DNA of 64,000 nucleotides from an uncultured Actinomycetes bacterium (GTDB taxonomy: Bacteria; Actinomycetota; Aquicultoria; Subteraquimicrobiales; CAMTWV01): positions 94,199-158,198 of the forward strand of contig CAMTWV010000002.1 of the NCBI GenBank assembly GCA_947085535.1. The letters are read 5' to 3'. Positions 49,758 to 58,724 of the stretch are shown piece after piece. The notes beneath the pieces are model-generated. The model was not told where the DNA came from, searched no databases, and saw only the letters and a list, made by a program, of their open reading frames with translations. Both the position numbers and the translations under genes were made by a program. How positions within the stretch are numbered: the stretch's first letter is position 1; every line of letters starts with the position of its first letter.

Positions 49758-50504
49758 TTAGGTAACCATTCCACCATCAATCTGAATGACCTGGCCTGTG
49801 ATATAGCCCGATTCATCAGAGGCAAGAAAAGCAACTAAATTTGCCACATCTTCGGGTTGACCAAATCTGCCAAGCGGAATTTGTTTATTTATAGCACTTC
49901 TTGTGTCCTCGGAAAGCTTTTGAGTCATTTCTGTTTCAATAAAACCAGGAGCTACAGCGTTAGCCCTGACTCCTCTTGAAGCCATTTCTCGAGCGATTGT
50001 CTTGGTTAAACCAATAACCCCGGCTTTTGAAGCCGAGTAATTTGCTTGGCCAGGGTTTCCAGTGATTCCAACAACAGAAGCTATGTTAATAATATTCCCG
50101 CTTCGCTGTTTCATCATATATTTACTCACTGCCTGACTGCAATTAAAGGTGCCTTTAAGATTAACAGTTAAAACAGCATCCCAATCTTCTTCTTTCATCC
50201 GAACAAGAAGATTGTCGCGAGTAATCCCGGCATTGTTAACGAGAATATCAATTTTACCAAACTTTTCAATTATGCTCTCGATAAGTGAATTTGCTTCATC
50301 GAGTTTCGCGACATTTGCTTTTATAAAAACAGCTTCGCTTCCCATCTTTTTTATTTGTTCGACCAGTTCTTGAGCTAACTCTTCATTTCTTATAGCATTT
50401 ACAACTATGTTTGCGCCTAACTCGGCTAATTTTAAGCAAATTGCTTTGCCAATTCCGCGAGCGCCTCCTGTAACGAGAACCACTCTACCAGTAAGTTCAG
50501 GCAT
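49758..50504 (-). CDS. fabG: 3-oxoacyl-ACP reductase.
   Basis: SDR motifs TGGARGIG, YSASK. 248 aa. Confidence 0.92.
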   Translation of the reverse strand: MPELTGRVVLVTGGARGIGKAICLKLAELGANIVVNAIRNEELAQELVEQIKKMGSEAVFIKANVAKLDEANSLIESIIEKFGKIDILVNNAGITRDNLLVRMKEEDWDAVLTVNLKGTFNCSQAVSKYMMKQRSGNIINIASVVGITGNPGQANYSASKAGVIGLTKTIAREMASRGVRANAVAPGFIETEMTQKLSEDTRSAINKQIPLGRFGQPEDVANLVAFLASDESGYITGQVIQIDGGMVT

Positions 50505-50506
50505 TT

Positions 50507-51460
50507 TTAATACTCCTTTCTTAAAAAATCAATCGTTTTTTGAAGCGATTCGCTATCTTCAACATTTAAAATTGTACAATCAGTAGAAATTCTTTTCACT
50601 AAACCTGAAAGAATTTTACCGGGTCCTACTTCAATAAAGATATTAGCCATTTTAAGCATCTTGTTTACTGATTGCTGCCACTTAACAGAACCTGTAATTT
50701 GTTTTCTAAGAGTCTCTTTGATTGTCTCTGGCTCTACAGAAACCTCTGCCGTGTAGTTTGAGATAACAGGAATCCTTGCTTTCTTAAATAATGCCTTATC
50801 TAAAAATTCACCAAATTCGTTCTCAGCTTTTTTCATTAGTGGAGAATGAAAACCTCCACTAACTGCTAATTTTACTACACGTTTTGCTCCTGCTTCATTA
50901 AAAAATTTAATCGATTCGTTTATAACTTTTGATTCGCCTGACACAATTATCTGACCAGGAGAATTGTAATTAGCTATGGTGATAACACCCTCGTCTTTTA
51001 AAGACGCGGTAACTTTTTCAACTTTTTCTTCTTCGAGCCCTAAAACAGCAATCATTTCACCGTATTTTCCAGAAGTCGAGCTTGTTGCAGCTTTTTGCAT
51101 TAATTCTGCTCGCTTCATAACTAATTTTAAGCCATCATTGAAATTAAAGGCATCAGCCACAGCTAAAGCTGTGTATTCGCCAAGACTATGTCCTGCCATA
51201 ACCTCAGGAATTATACCTTCTTTAGCAAGAAGCATCCAGGCAGCAAAGCTAACTAAAAAAATGGCAGGCTGGGCATTTATAGTTTCAGTTAGTTTTTCAA
51301 TCGGTCCATTAAAGCATAACTCTTTTAAATCAAAGTTTAAAATTTCATTTGCCTGCAAAAACAAATCTTTAATCTCAGGATAATTTTTATATAAATCTAA
51401 TCCCATTCCCACATATTGTGAGCCCTGACCTGGAAATACTAAAGCAATTCCTTTTTTCAA
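50507..51460 (-). CDS. fabD: Malonyl-CoA:ACP transacylase.
   Basis: FPGQGSQ and GHSLGE motifs. 317 aa. Confidence 0.93.
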   Translation of the reverse strand: MKKGIALVFPGQGSQYVGMGLDLYKNYPEIKDLFLQANEILNFDLKELCFNGPIEKLTETINAQPAIFLVSFAAWMLLAKEGIIPEVMAGHSLGEYTALAVADAFNFNDGLKLVMKRAELMQKAATSSTSGKYGEMIAVLGLEEEKVEKVTASLKDEGVITIANYNSPGQIIVSGESKVINESIKFFNEAGAKRVVKLAVSGGFHSPLMKKAENEFGEFLDKALFKKARIPVISNYTAEVSVEPETIKETLRKQITGSVKWQQSVNKMLKMANIFIEVGPGKILSGLVKRISTDCTILNVEDSESLQKTIDFLRKEY

Positions 51461-52645
51461 CTAAGAACACCTTGTCTCTTTAAGTTTAGAAATTAAAACA
51501 GGGACGACCTCAAATAAATCGCCCACTATCCCATAATTGGCTACACTAAAGATAGGAGCATCTGGGTCTTTATTAATAGCCACAATTGTCTCTGATGTTT
51601 GCATGCCAGCTAAATGCTGAATTGCACCCGATATACCACAGGCGATGTATAATTTAGGACAAACTGTCTTTCCTGTTTGTCCAACTTGATGAGAGTAAGG
51701 TATCCACTCGGCGTCAACAGCTGCTCTTGAAGCACCAACTGCAGCGTTCAAAAGAGAGGCAAATTCCTTGATTAGTTTAAAATTATCAGCTTTCCCTAAA
51801 CCTCGACCGCCAGAAACGATAACATCTGCTTCCTCAAGTTTTACTTTCTCGGTTAAATCTTCGACAAAATTAAGGACATTTATTTTTGAAGAAAGATTTT
51901 TTGGTTCGAATTTAATAATTTCACCTTGCCGCGAACTTGAAAAGTCAAGCTTTTTCATTACACGAGGCCGAACAGTTGCCATTTGCGGTCTTTTATTAGG
52001 ACAAACAATTGTAGCCATGATGTTTCCACCGAAAGCCGGTCGGGTTTGAAGAAGTAATCTGTTTTTTAAATCAATTTCAAGTCCAGTGCAATCAGCAGTT
52101 AAACCTGTTTTTAAGATAGCAGCAATCTTGGGAGCAATTGATCTTCCAACAACTGTTGCTCCAAAAAGCACAGTCTCTGGCTTATATTGATTAATTAAAT
52201 CAACCATGACTTGTGCGTAGGCATCGTCAAGGTGATCTTTTAATAAGTCATCCTCAACAAGAAAAACCTTATCAGCTCCATGACCAATTAATTTGTCCGT
52301 TCCATCTTTTATGTTTTTCCCTAAAAGAACCGCTGCGAGATAAGTTCCTAACGAATCGGCTAACTTCCTTCCTTCCCCTAAAAGCTCATAAACAACAGAA
52401 GCAATATTTTTGTTTCTTTGCTCGGTAAAAACCCAAATTCCATTATACCCAGAGGTATCCTCAATTTTTCTTTTGTCTTCAATAACAATGGCATTAGACT
52501 TGCAAACCTCCACACAAGCTCCGCACAAGTTGCAATTTGCTTCAATAATTGCTTTTTTTTCAAATACTTTAATGGCTTGATAGGGACAGCTTTTTACACA
52601 GAGTTTGCAGCCATTACATTTTTCAAGAATTACCTTGATTGACAT
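51461..52645 (-). CDS. etfA: Electron-transfer flavoprotein alpha subunit with an N-terminal 2x[4Fe-4S] ferredoxin domain (bifurcating-type EtfA/FixB-like).
   Basis: CNGCKLCVKSCP and CNLCGACVEVC cluster motifs, followed by the EtfA FAD-binding domain. Confidence 0.85.
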   Translation of the reverse strand: MSIKVILEKCNGCKLCVKSCPYQAIKVFEKKAIIEANCNLCGACVEVCKSNAIVIEDKRKIEDTSGYNGIWVFTEQRNKNIASVVYELLGEGRKLADSLGTYLAAVLLGKNIKDGTDKLIGHGADKVFLVEDDLLKDHLDDAYAQVMVDLINQYKPETVLFGATVVGRSIAPKIAAILKTGLTADCTGLEIDLKNRLLLQTRPAFGGNIMATIVCPNKRPQMATVRPRVMKKLDFSSSRQGEIIKFEPKNLSSKINVLNFVEDLTEKVKLEEADVIVSGGRGLGKADNFKLIKEFASLLNAAVGASRAAVDAEWIPYSHQVGQTGKTVCPKLYIACGISGAIQHLAGMQTSETIVAINKDPDAPIFSVANYGIVGDLFEVVPVLISKLKETRCS

Positions 52646-52646
52646 T

Positions 52647-53432
52647 TTAAATTAACCTACCTTGTTTTAATTTATCAATTAAAGTGTCGACCTGAGTTTC
52701 TAAGTTACCTTGAAGCATTCCACCTTTTTGGTGTCTTTCAGGAGTAAAAATTTTAATCACCTGAGTGGGTGAACCGGCTAAACCAACTTTATCTTTTTTA
52801 GCGTCTATATCTTGATGGTTCCAAATGGTAACTTGGGCACTTTTTGCCTTCATCATTCCCTTGAGCGAAGGAAGACGGGGCTCATTTATTTCCTTAACTA
52901 CAGTAATTAGACCTGGAAGAGGCATTCCAATAACTTCATAACCTTCTTCAACCATTCTTTCAACCACAATCTTATTTTCATTAATTTCTTCAACTTTTTT
53001 AACAAAAGTGACATAGGGAATGGAAAGAAAATGAGCAAGCTCGGGACCAACTTGGCCAGTGTCACCATCCATAGTTTGTTTACCACAAATTATAAGGTCA
53101 AATGAACCGATTTTTTCGATGGTTTTAGAGAGAGTATATGAAGTTGCCAGAGTATCGGCACCCGCAAACGCTCTATCGCTCAAAAGTATGGCTTCATCTG
53201 CTCCTACTGTAAGAGCATCACGTAAAACTTGCTCGGCTTGAGGAGGTCCCATAGTAATTACGGTAACTTTCCCACCCACACGCTCTTTTAATCTAACTCC
53301 CTCTTCAAGAGCGTATGTGTCAAAAGGATTGATGATACTATCGACTCCCTGTCTTATGAGAGTATTTGTGTTAGGGTCAATTTTTACTTCGGTTGTTCCA
53401 GGAACTTGCTTAATGCAAACAATAATTTCCAT
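52647..53432 (-). CDS. etfB: Electron-transfer flavoprotein beta subunit.
   Basis: MEIIVCIKQVPGT Etf-beta N-terminus. 261 aa. Confidence 0.88.
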   Translation of the reverse strand: MEIIVCIKQVPGTTEVKIDPNTNTLIRQGVDSIINPFDTYALEEGVRLKERVGGKVTVITMGPPQAEQVLRDALTVGADEAILLSDRAFAGADTLATSYTLSKTIEKIGSFDLIICGKQTMDGDTGQVGPELAHFLSIPYVTFVKKVEEINENKIVVERMVEEGYEVIGMPLPGLITVVKEINEPRLPSLKGMMKAKSAQVTIWNHQDIDAKKDKVGLAGSPTQVIKIFTPERHQKGGMLQGNLETQVDTLIDKLKQGRLI

Positions 53433-53450
53433 TTTGACTTCCTTTGGTCA

Positions 53451-54611
53451 CTAATTTGCTGTCAGAGTGCTTTCTTTAATTAGCTGAAGCGCAATAACAT
53501 TTCTTTGAATTTGATTAGTGCCTTCATATATCTGAATAATTTTTGCATCCCGCATCATTTTTTCGACAGGATATTCTCGCATGTAACCATATCCACCAAA
53601 AATCTGAACAGCATCAACTGTTATTTTCATAGCCACATCGGAAGCAAAAACTTTTGCCATAGCCGAAATTTTAGAGACATCTTTTGCCCCTGCATCTATG
53701 GATTTTGCCACTTGGTAAACCAAAGCCCTCGCAGCTTCAATTTCTGTAGCCATATCAGCTAACATATGCTGAATAGCCTGAAAAGAAGAAATTGATTGGC
53801 CAAACTGCACTCGCTGACGGGAGTAATTCAAAGTAGCTTCGAGAGCACCCGCAGCTAATCCCACAGCTTGAGCACCTATGCCAGGACGCGTCACATCCAG
53901 TGTTTTCATAGCAACAATAAAGCCAAGTCCTTCTTTCCCGATTAAGTTTTCGGCCGGTATTTTACAATTTTCAAAAATAAGTTCTCTTGTGGCTGAAGCT
54001 CTGATACCAAGTTTTTTTTCTTTCTTGCCAAAAGAAAACCCAGGGATTCCTTTTTCAACAATAAAAGCACTCGCTCCACGAGCACCTTTGCTTTTGTCTG
54101 TTAAAGCAATAATTGTGTATATTTCGGCTTCTCCGCCATTAGTTATCCATTGCTTTGTTCCATTCAATATATAGTAATCGCCTTCGCGAACTGCGTTTGT
54201 TTGGATGCCACCAGCGTCGCTTCCTGCGTTTGCTTCCGTTAAACCAAATGCTGCTAATTTTGTTCCCTTAGCAACGTCAGGTAAGTACTTCTTTTTTTGC
54301 TCGTCAGAACCAAAAAGAAGAATGGGATAAGCTCCTAACGCGCTTGCCGCATAACTCACCGAAACACCGCAACAACCTCGGCTCAATTCTTCCATGACTA
54401 AACAATTCTCAAAACAGCCCATCCCGAAACCTCCATATTCTTCCGGGACGTATAAGCCAAATAAATCTGACTCGGCTAAAATTTTAAGTATTTCCCAGGG
54501 AAACTCTTCTTTCTCGTCGAGTTCGGCTCGCGCTGGGATTATTTTTTCTTCAGTAATTCTTCTTGCTAAATCCTTAATCATTCTTTGCTCATCAGTTAAG
54601 AAATAATCCAT
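53451..54611 (-). CDS. Acyl-CoA dehydrogenase (short-chain/butyryl-CoA dehydrogenase-like).
   Basis: ACAD N-, middle and C-domains, including the catalytic Glu region YEGTNQIQR. 386 aa. Confidence 0.88.
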   Translation of the reverse strand: MDYFLTDEQRMIKDLARRITEEKIIPARAELDEKEEFPWEILKILAESDLFGLYVPEEYGGFGMGCFENCLVMEELSRGCCGVSVSYAASALGAYPILLFGSDEQKKKYLPDVAKGTKLAAFGLTEANAGSDAGGIQTNAVREGDYYILNGTKQWITNGGEAEIYTIIALTDKSKGARGASAFIVEKGIPGFSFGKKEKKLGIRASATRELIFENCKIPAENLIGKEGLGFIVAMKTLDVTRPGIGAQAVGLAAGALEATLNYSRQRVQFGQSISSFQAIQHMLADMATEIEAARALVYQVAKSIDAGAKDVSKISAMAKVFASDVAMKITVDAVQIFGGYGYMREYPVEKMMRDAKIIQIYEGTNQIQRNVIALQLIKESTLTAN

Positions 54612-54626
54612 ACCTTTGACCCCTCT

Positions 54627-55646
54627 CTATTTAAAATTTTTATGCCATCTAATAACATTGGCTCCCCAAGTTAAACCTCCTCCAAATCCAACGGAAAGAA
54701 CAATATTGCCTTTTATTAGTTTTCCGGCTGCCCAGAGCTCGTAAAGAGCTATTGGGATGGAGGCCGAGGAAGTATTTCCATACTTATTAATATTACTGAC
54801 AACTTTTGAAGAGTCTATTTTTAATCTTTCGACTGCGACATCAATAATTCTCTGATTTGCCTGATGCGGGATTAAAAAATCAATATCTCCAACTTTCAAA
54901 TTTGCTTTTTTAAGTGCTATTTTAGCTGCACGAGGAAGCACTTTGACGGCAAATTTAAAAATTTCATTTCCGCTCATATGGATGTAATGTAAATTATTTT
55001 TAACTGTTTCACTGCTGGTTGGGAGCATTGCGCCACCAGCAGGGATTTTTAAAAGGTCGCCTCGAGTGCCATCTGCTGATAAGTAATTTGATAAAATACC
55101 GTAACCTGGCTCCACTTCTTGCAAAACAACTGCTCCAGCCCCATCGCCAAAAAGCACACAGGTATTTTTATCTTTCCAATTGACAAAACGAGTAATGGCT
55201 TCAGCGCCGATTAGAAGAACTGTTTTATAAGTGCCGGTGGCAACAAAGCTTGAAGCCACGGCTAAACCATAACTAAAACCTGTGCATGCAGCCTGTAAAT
55301 CAAAAGCAGGACAACCTTTGATACCCATTTTTTGCTGGGCAACACAAGCAGTTGAAGGAAAAATCATGTCAGGCGAACCAGTGGCAACAATAATCAACTC
55401 AACATCTTTAGGACTTACATTTGCATCTTCTAATGCTTTTAAACCAGCTTCAGCAGCTAAATCCGAAGTAGACAAATCATCGGCTATGATGTGTCTTTCT
55501 GATATCCCTGTTCGACTGCGTATCCACTCATCACTGGTTTCAACCATTTTTTCTAAATCATGGTTATTAAGTATTCTTTCCGGAATTGATACACCAATTC
55601 CTGTAATACCAACCGGAATTAAAATTAGATTTTTCATTTGCAACAT
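54627..55646 (-). CDS. fabH: 3-oxoacyl-ACP synthase III.
   Basis: Cys-His-Asn triad context (AACTGF, HQAN, GGG). 339 aa as called. Confidence 0.92.
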   Translation of the reverse strand: MLQMKNLILIPVGITGIGVSIPERILNNHDLEKMVETSDEWIRSRTGISERHIIADDLSTSDLAAEAGLKALEDANVSPKDVELIIVATGSPDMIFPSTACVAQQKMGIKGCPAFDLQAACTGFSYGLAVASSFVATGTYKTVLLIGAEAITRFVNWKDKNTCVLFGDGAGAVVLQEVEPGYGILSNYLSADGTRGDLLKIPAGGAMLPTSSETVKNNLHYIHMSGNEIFKFAVKVLPRAAKIALKKANLKVGDIDFLIPHQANQRIIDVAVERLKIDSSKVVSNINKYGNTSSASIPIALYELWAAGKLIKGNIVLSVGFGGGLTWGANVIRWHKNFK

Positions 55647-55648
55647 CC

Positions 55649-56656
55649 TTAAGAACTTTTTAGAGATTCCTTAATTTCACCGATTAGGTTTTCCTGGATA
55701 GTTTTAGCGGCTACTTTTATGGCATTCTTTATTGCTTTGCTGCTTGAGCTTCCGTGACTGATGATGCAAACTCCGTCTACACCGAGAAGTTGTGCTCCGC
55801 CATACTCTTCATAATCGAGTTGTTTGATTAATTTTTTAAGTCCAGGTTTTAAAAGTAAAGCGCCGATTTTAGAAATCAATGACCCTTCAGCGGTTAATCT
55901 TATTTGCTTAAAAATGGTGCTGGCTAATCCTTCCATTAGCTTTAAAACAACATTTCCTGTAAAACCGTCACAAACACATATGTCAACTTTACCTTTAGGA
56001 ATATCGTTGCCTTCCACATTGCCAAAAAAGTTTAATTGTGATGCGGTGAGAAGTTTATGAGCAGCAACAGTAATTTCATTTCCTTTGCTTTTTTCTTCTC
56101 CAATACTTAAGAGTCCAACAGTCGGATTTTCAATGTTAAGAATTTTTTTAGCAAAAAGACTACCCATCTGGGCAAATCGTACTAAGTGTTCGGGTTTACA
56201 GTCAGCTGTAGCTCCAACATCTAAAATCACCACTGGTTTATAGGGTGTAGGAACAACAATGGCAATAGCCGGCCGCGAAATTCCTTTTATACGCCCATAA
56301 GTAAGCAAAGCTGCGCTGACCACAGCTCCTGTGTTTCCTGCAGAGAGAAAAGCGTGTACCTTACCTTCTTTTACCAATCTGGTACCGACAACAATAGATG
56401 AGTTGCTTTTTGAACGGACAGACCACGCTGCTTCTTCGCCCATTTCGATAACATCAGATGCTGTCTGAACTTCAAGATTTGGTAGTTTACTAAAGCGGTT
56501 TAGCTCTGCCTGAATAGCCGATAGTTCTCCAACTAAAATTACTTTTAAATTTTTTAACTCTAAAGCTGCCCTATGTGCACCTTTTACAATTTCGTGAGGC
56601 GCATGGTCGCCTCCCATAGCGTCTACAGCAATTATTAAATTATTTTCCTCTGGCAT
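55649..56656 (-). CDS. plsX: Phosphate acyltransferase PlsX.
   Basis: 335 aa. IAVDAMGGDHAP N-terminus. Confidence 0.93.
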   Translation of the reverse strand: MPEENNLIIAVDAMGGDHAPHEIVKGAHRAALELKNLKVILVGELSAIQAELNRFSKLPNLEVQTASDVIEMGEEAAWSVRSKSNSSIVVGTRLVKEGKVHAFLSAGNTGAVVSAALLTYGRIKGISRPAIAIVVPTPYKPVVILDVGATADCKPEHLVRFAQMGSLFAKKILNIENPTVGLLSIGEEKSKGNEITVAAHKLLTASQLNFFGNVEGNDIPKGKVDICVCDGFTGNVVLKLMEGLASTIFKQIRLTAEGSLISKIGALLLKPGLKKLIKQLDYEEYGGAQLLGVDGVCIISHGSSSSKAIKNAIKVAAKTIQENLIGEIKESLKSS

Positions 56657-56674
56657 ATCAAACCTCTTTAAGGT

Positions 56675-56869
56675 TTATTCAACCTCGATTACCTTTTTAC
56701 CATCATAATAACCGCAATTTGGACAAATATGATGTGGTAATTTTGACTGGTGACATTGAGGACAATTTGAAAGAGTAGGCTCGGTAGCACGCCAGTTTGC
56801 TCTTCGCTTATCTCTTCTTGCTTTAGATGTTTTTCTTTTTGGTACAGCCATTACAAGCACTCCTTCCAA
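56675..56869 (-). CDS. rpmF: 50S ribosomal protein L32.
   Basis: MAVPKRKTSKARRDKRR, CPNCG zinc ribbon. Confidence 0.95.
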   Translation of the reverse strand: MEGVLVMAVPKRKTSKARRDKRRANWRATEPTLSNCPQCHQSKLPHHICPNCGYYDGKKVIEVE

Positions 56870-57030
56870 CGGAATCTTTTCTAATAATAGAAATCTCTTT
56901 TTCTTCTTTTTGGGGGGATTTTAAGTCTAATTTAGTTTTAATTTTTAATTCTGCTCCAACGCTTTCTAAAGTTTGTGCAACGTTTATTTTGTATTGACTC
57001 ACCGCTTTACCTTCGGAATATTGAGAAAAA

Positions 57031-57059
57031 ATTATACCACAGTTTCAAACATAATCCAC
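57031..57059 (-). promoter_or_regulatory. Possible extended -10 promoter (TGgTATAAT at 57039-57031, minus strand) for rpmF-plsX-fab. The -35 is poor.
   Basis: TGnTATAAT read from the reverse complement. About 160-nt leader to rpmF. Confidence 0.3.
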
Positions 57060-57161
57060 TTTTTATAAAGACAAAAATTCCTGCGACACAATTTAGCACA
57101 GGAAAATTATTCAAAAAGTCACTATCTTTTTAGAAATTAAAGAATGATAAATTAGAAGAAA

Positions 57162-57620
57162 CTACCCTCGTTGTTCCATTTTTCCTTGTAGTCTATCTCT
57201 ACCACGCTGAACAGCTGCTAAAAGTTTTCCTAAATTGACTTCAAGGTTGGCTAACATCTCGTCAGCATAATCTTCAGCACCTAAACGAATTTCTCTTTCA
57301 TGTGCTCTTGCTTTATCTAATATTTCAGCTGCCTGCTGTTCTGCAAGTTTAACAACTTCAGTTTCAGAAGCTAAAGCTTTTGCTTGTTCTCTTGTATCTT
57401 CAAGAATCCGATTAGCTTCTTTTTCCGCCTCTTCAAGCATTTCCTGTCTTTCTTTGACTATCCATCGAGCTTGTTTGAGTTCATCCGGCAAGGTTGCCCG
57501 CAATTCGTCAATAATTTCGTAAATTTTCTGCTCGTTTATAATAACCGATGAAGTAAGGGGCATTTTTTTGCTTCTTGCTACCACGTCTTCTAATTTATCA
57601 ATTACTGTCATTATATCCAT
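57162..57620 (-). CDS. Coiled-coil protein resembling the F-ATPase b subunit / V-ATPase E soluble region (function unknown).
   Basis: Ala/Glu/Lys/Arg-rich heptad repeats (EEAEKEANRILEDTREQAKALASE...). No TM segment. Confidence 0.4.
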   Translation of the reverse strand: MDIMTVIDKLEDVVARSKKMPLTSSVIINEQKIYEIIDELRATLPDELKQARWIVKERQEMLEEAEKEANRILEDTREQAKALASETEVVKLAEQQAAEILDKARAHEREIRLGAEDYADEMLANLEVNLGKLLAAVQRGRDRLQGKMEQRG

Positions 57621-57631
57621 AAATTACCTCC

Positions 57632-58120
57632 TCAATATTTAACTTGTGAGAATGCCTTTTTTAATGCGATTTCAACATTCTCTGGCACCATACTCGTGAG
57701 ACATCCTCCATACTTAGCAATTTCTCTTACCGCGCTTGAGCTGAGATAAGCATATTTTGGAGAAGCCATTATGAACATTGTTTCAATGGAAGGGTCCAAT
57801 TTGTGATTTAATTGAGCCATTTGAAATTCATGCTCAAAATCAGAAACTGCACGCAATCCTCTAACTATTATATTGGCTTGATTTCTTTTGGCAAATTCAA
57901 CCAATAAGCAATCGAAAGATTCGACAGCAACATTTTCAAGATGTGCGCATGCGTTTTTAACCAATTCAATGCGGTCACTTAAGCCCAAAGAAGGTTTTTT
58001 AGTAACATTTTCCGCTATTCCAATAATAACCTTATCGAAAATACTTGCCGCTCTTTCTATGACGTCAATATGCCCATTAGTTATTGGATCAAAACTACCA
58101 GGGCAAATGGCTATTTGCAT
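57632..58120 (-). CDS. coaD: Phosphopantetheine adenylyltransferase.
   Basis: CPGSFDPITNGH motif. 162 aa. Confidence 0.95.
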   Translation of the reverse strand: MQIAICPGSFDPITNGHIDVIERAASIFDKVIIGIAENVTKKPSLGLSDRIELVKNACAHLENVAVESFDCLLVEFAKRNQANIIVRGLRAVSDFEHEFQMAQLNHKLDPSIETMFIMASPKYAYLSSSAVREIAKYGGCLTSMVPENVEIALKKAFSQVKY

Positions 58121-58689
58121 TAAGAGCTCTCTCCTTCACTTTTAATTTTATAAATAGAAACGCATGTATTGCCAAATTTTCGATTCTTAACACAAATTAA
58201 GCCTTCAACTGAATGTGCATAAAACTCTTTCGAGTGCTCAAGAACGACTAATCCTTCCGGATTAAGTATTAACGAGCAGTCTTTCAAAATTTCTATTAGT
58301 TTATCAAAGTCAATTTTATAGGGAGGGTCAATAAAAATCAAATCAAAAGCCCGTTTATCTCTTATAAACTGTTTAAGGATTTTTTCGACATTTATTGGTA
58401 AAGTTTTTGCTTTGTCTGAAAAACCTGTTAATTCAAGATTCCTTTTTAAGTAATTGAACACAACTTTGTTGTTCTCAATAAAGATTATAAAATGTGCTCC
58501 TCGGCTTAATGCTTCTATGCCTAAACTTCCAATTCCAGCGTAGAGGTCTAAAACACTGGCATCTTTAACTACGTCGCCTAAAATATTAAAAAGAGTTTCT
58601 TTTACTCTATCTGTTGTAGGACGCAAATCTTTAACTTTAGGCGCAAACAATTTTCTTCCTTTTGTGATTCCTGCAATTACTCTCATCAA
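58120..58689 (-). CDS. rsmD: 16S rRNA (guanine966-N2)-methyltransferase RsmD.
   Basis: DLYAGIGSLGIEALSRG SAM motif and DPPY. Confidence 0.9.
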   Translation of the reverse strand: MMRVIAGITKGRKLFAPKVKDLRPTTDRVKETLFNILGDVVKDASVLDLYAGIGSLGIEALSRGAHFIIFIENNKVVFNYLKRNLELTGFSDKAKTLPINVEKILKQFIRDKRAFDLIFIDPPYKIDFDKLIEILKDCSLILNPEGLVVLEHSKEFYAHSVEGLICVKNRKFGNTCVSIYKIKSEGESS

Positions 58690-58724
58690 AACTCCATTGT
58701 AAGTTTGTATCTTTTAAGCATATT

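Noticed and set aside
56870-57161. In-frame upstream ORF or leader peptide extending rpmF
   Set aside because: On recounting codon phase, the GTG-initiated upstream frame (57002) is not in frame with the rpmF ATG (56869), and a remnant of the usual YceD/DUF177 partner could not be recognised. Only the extended -10 promoter call is kept, at low confidence.
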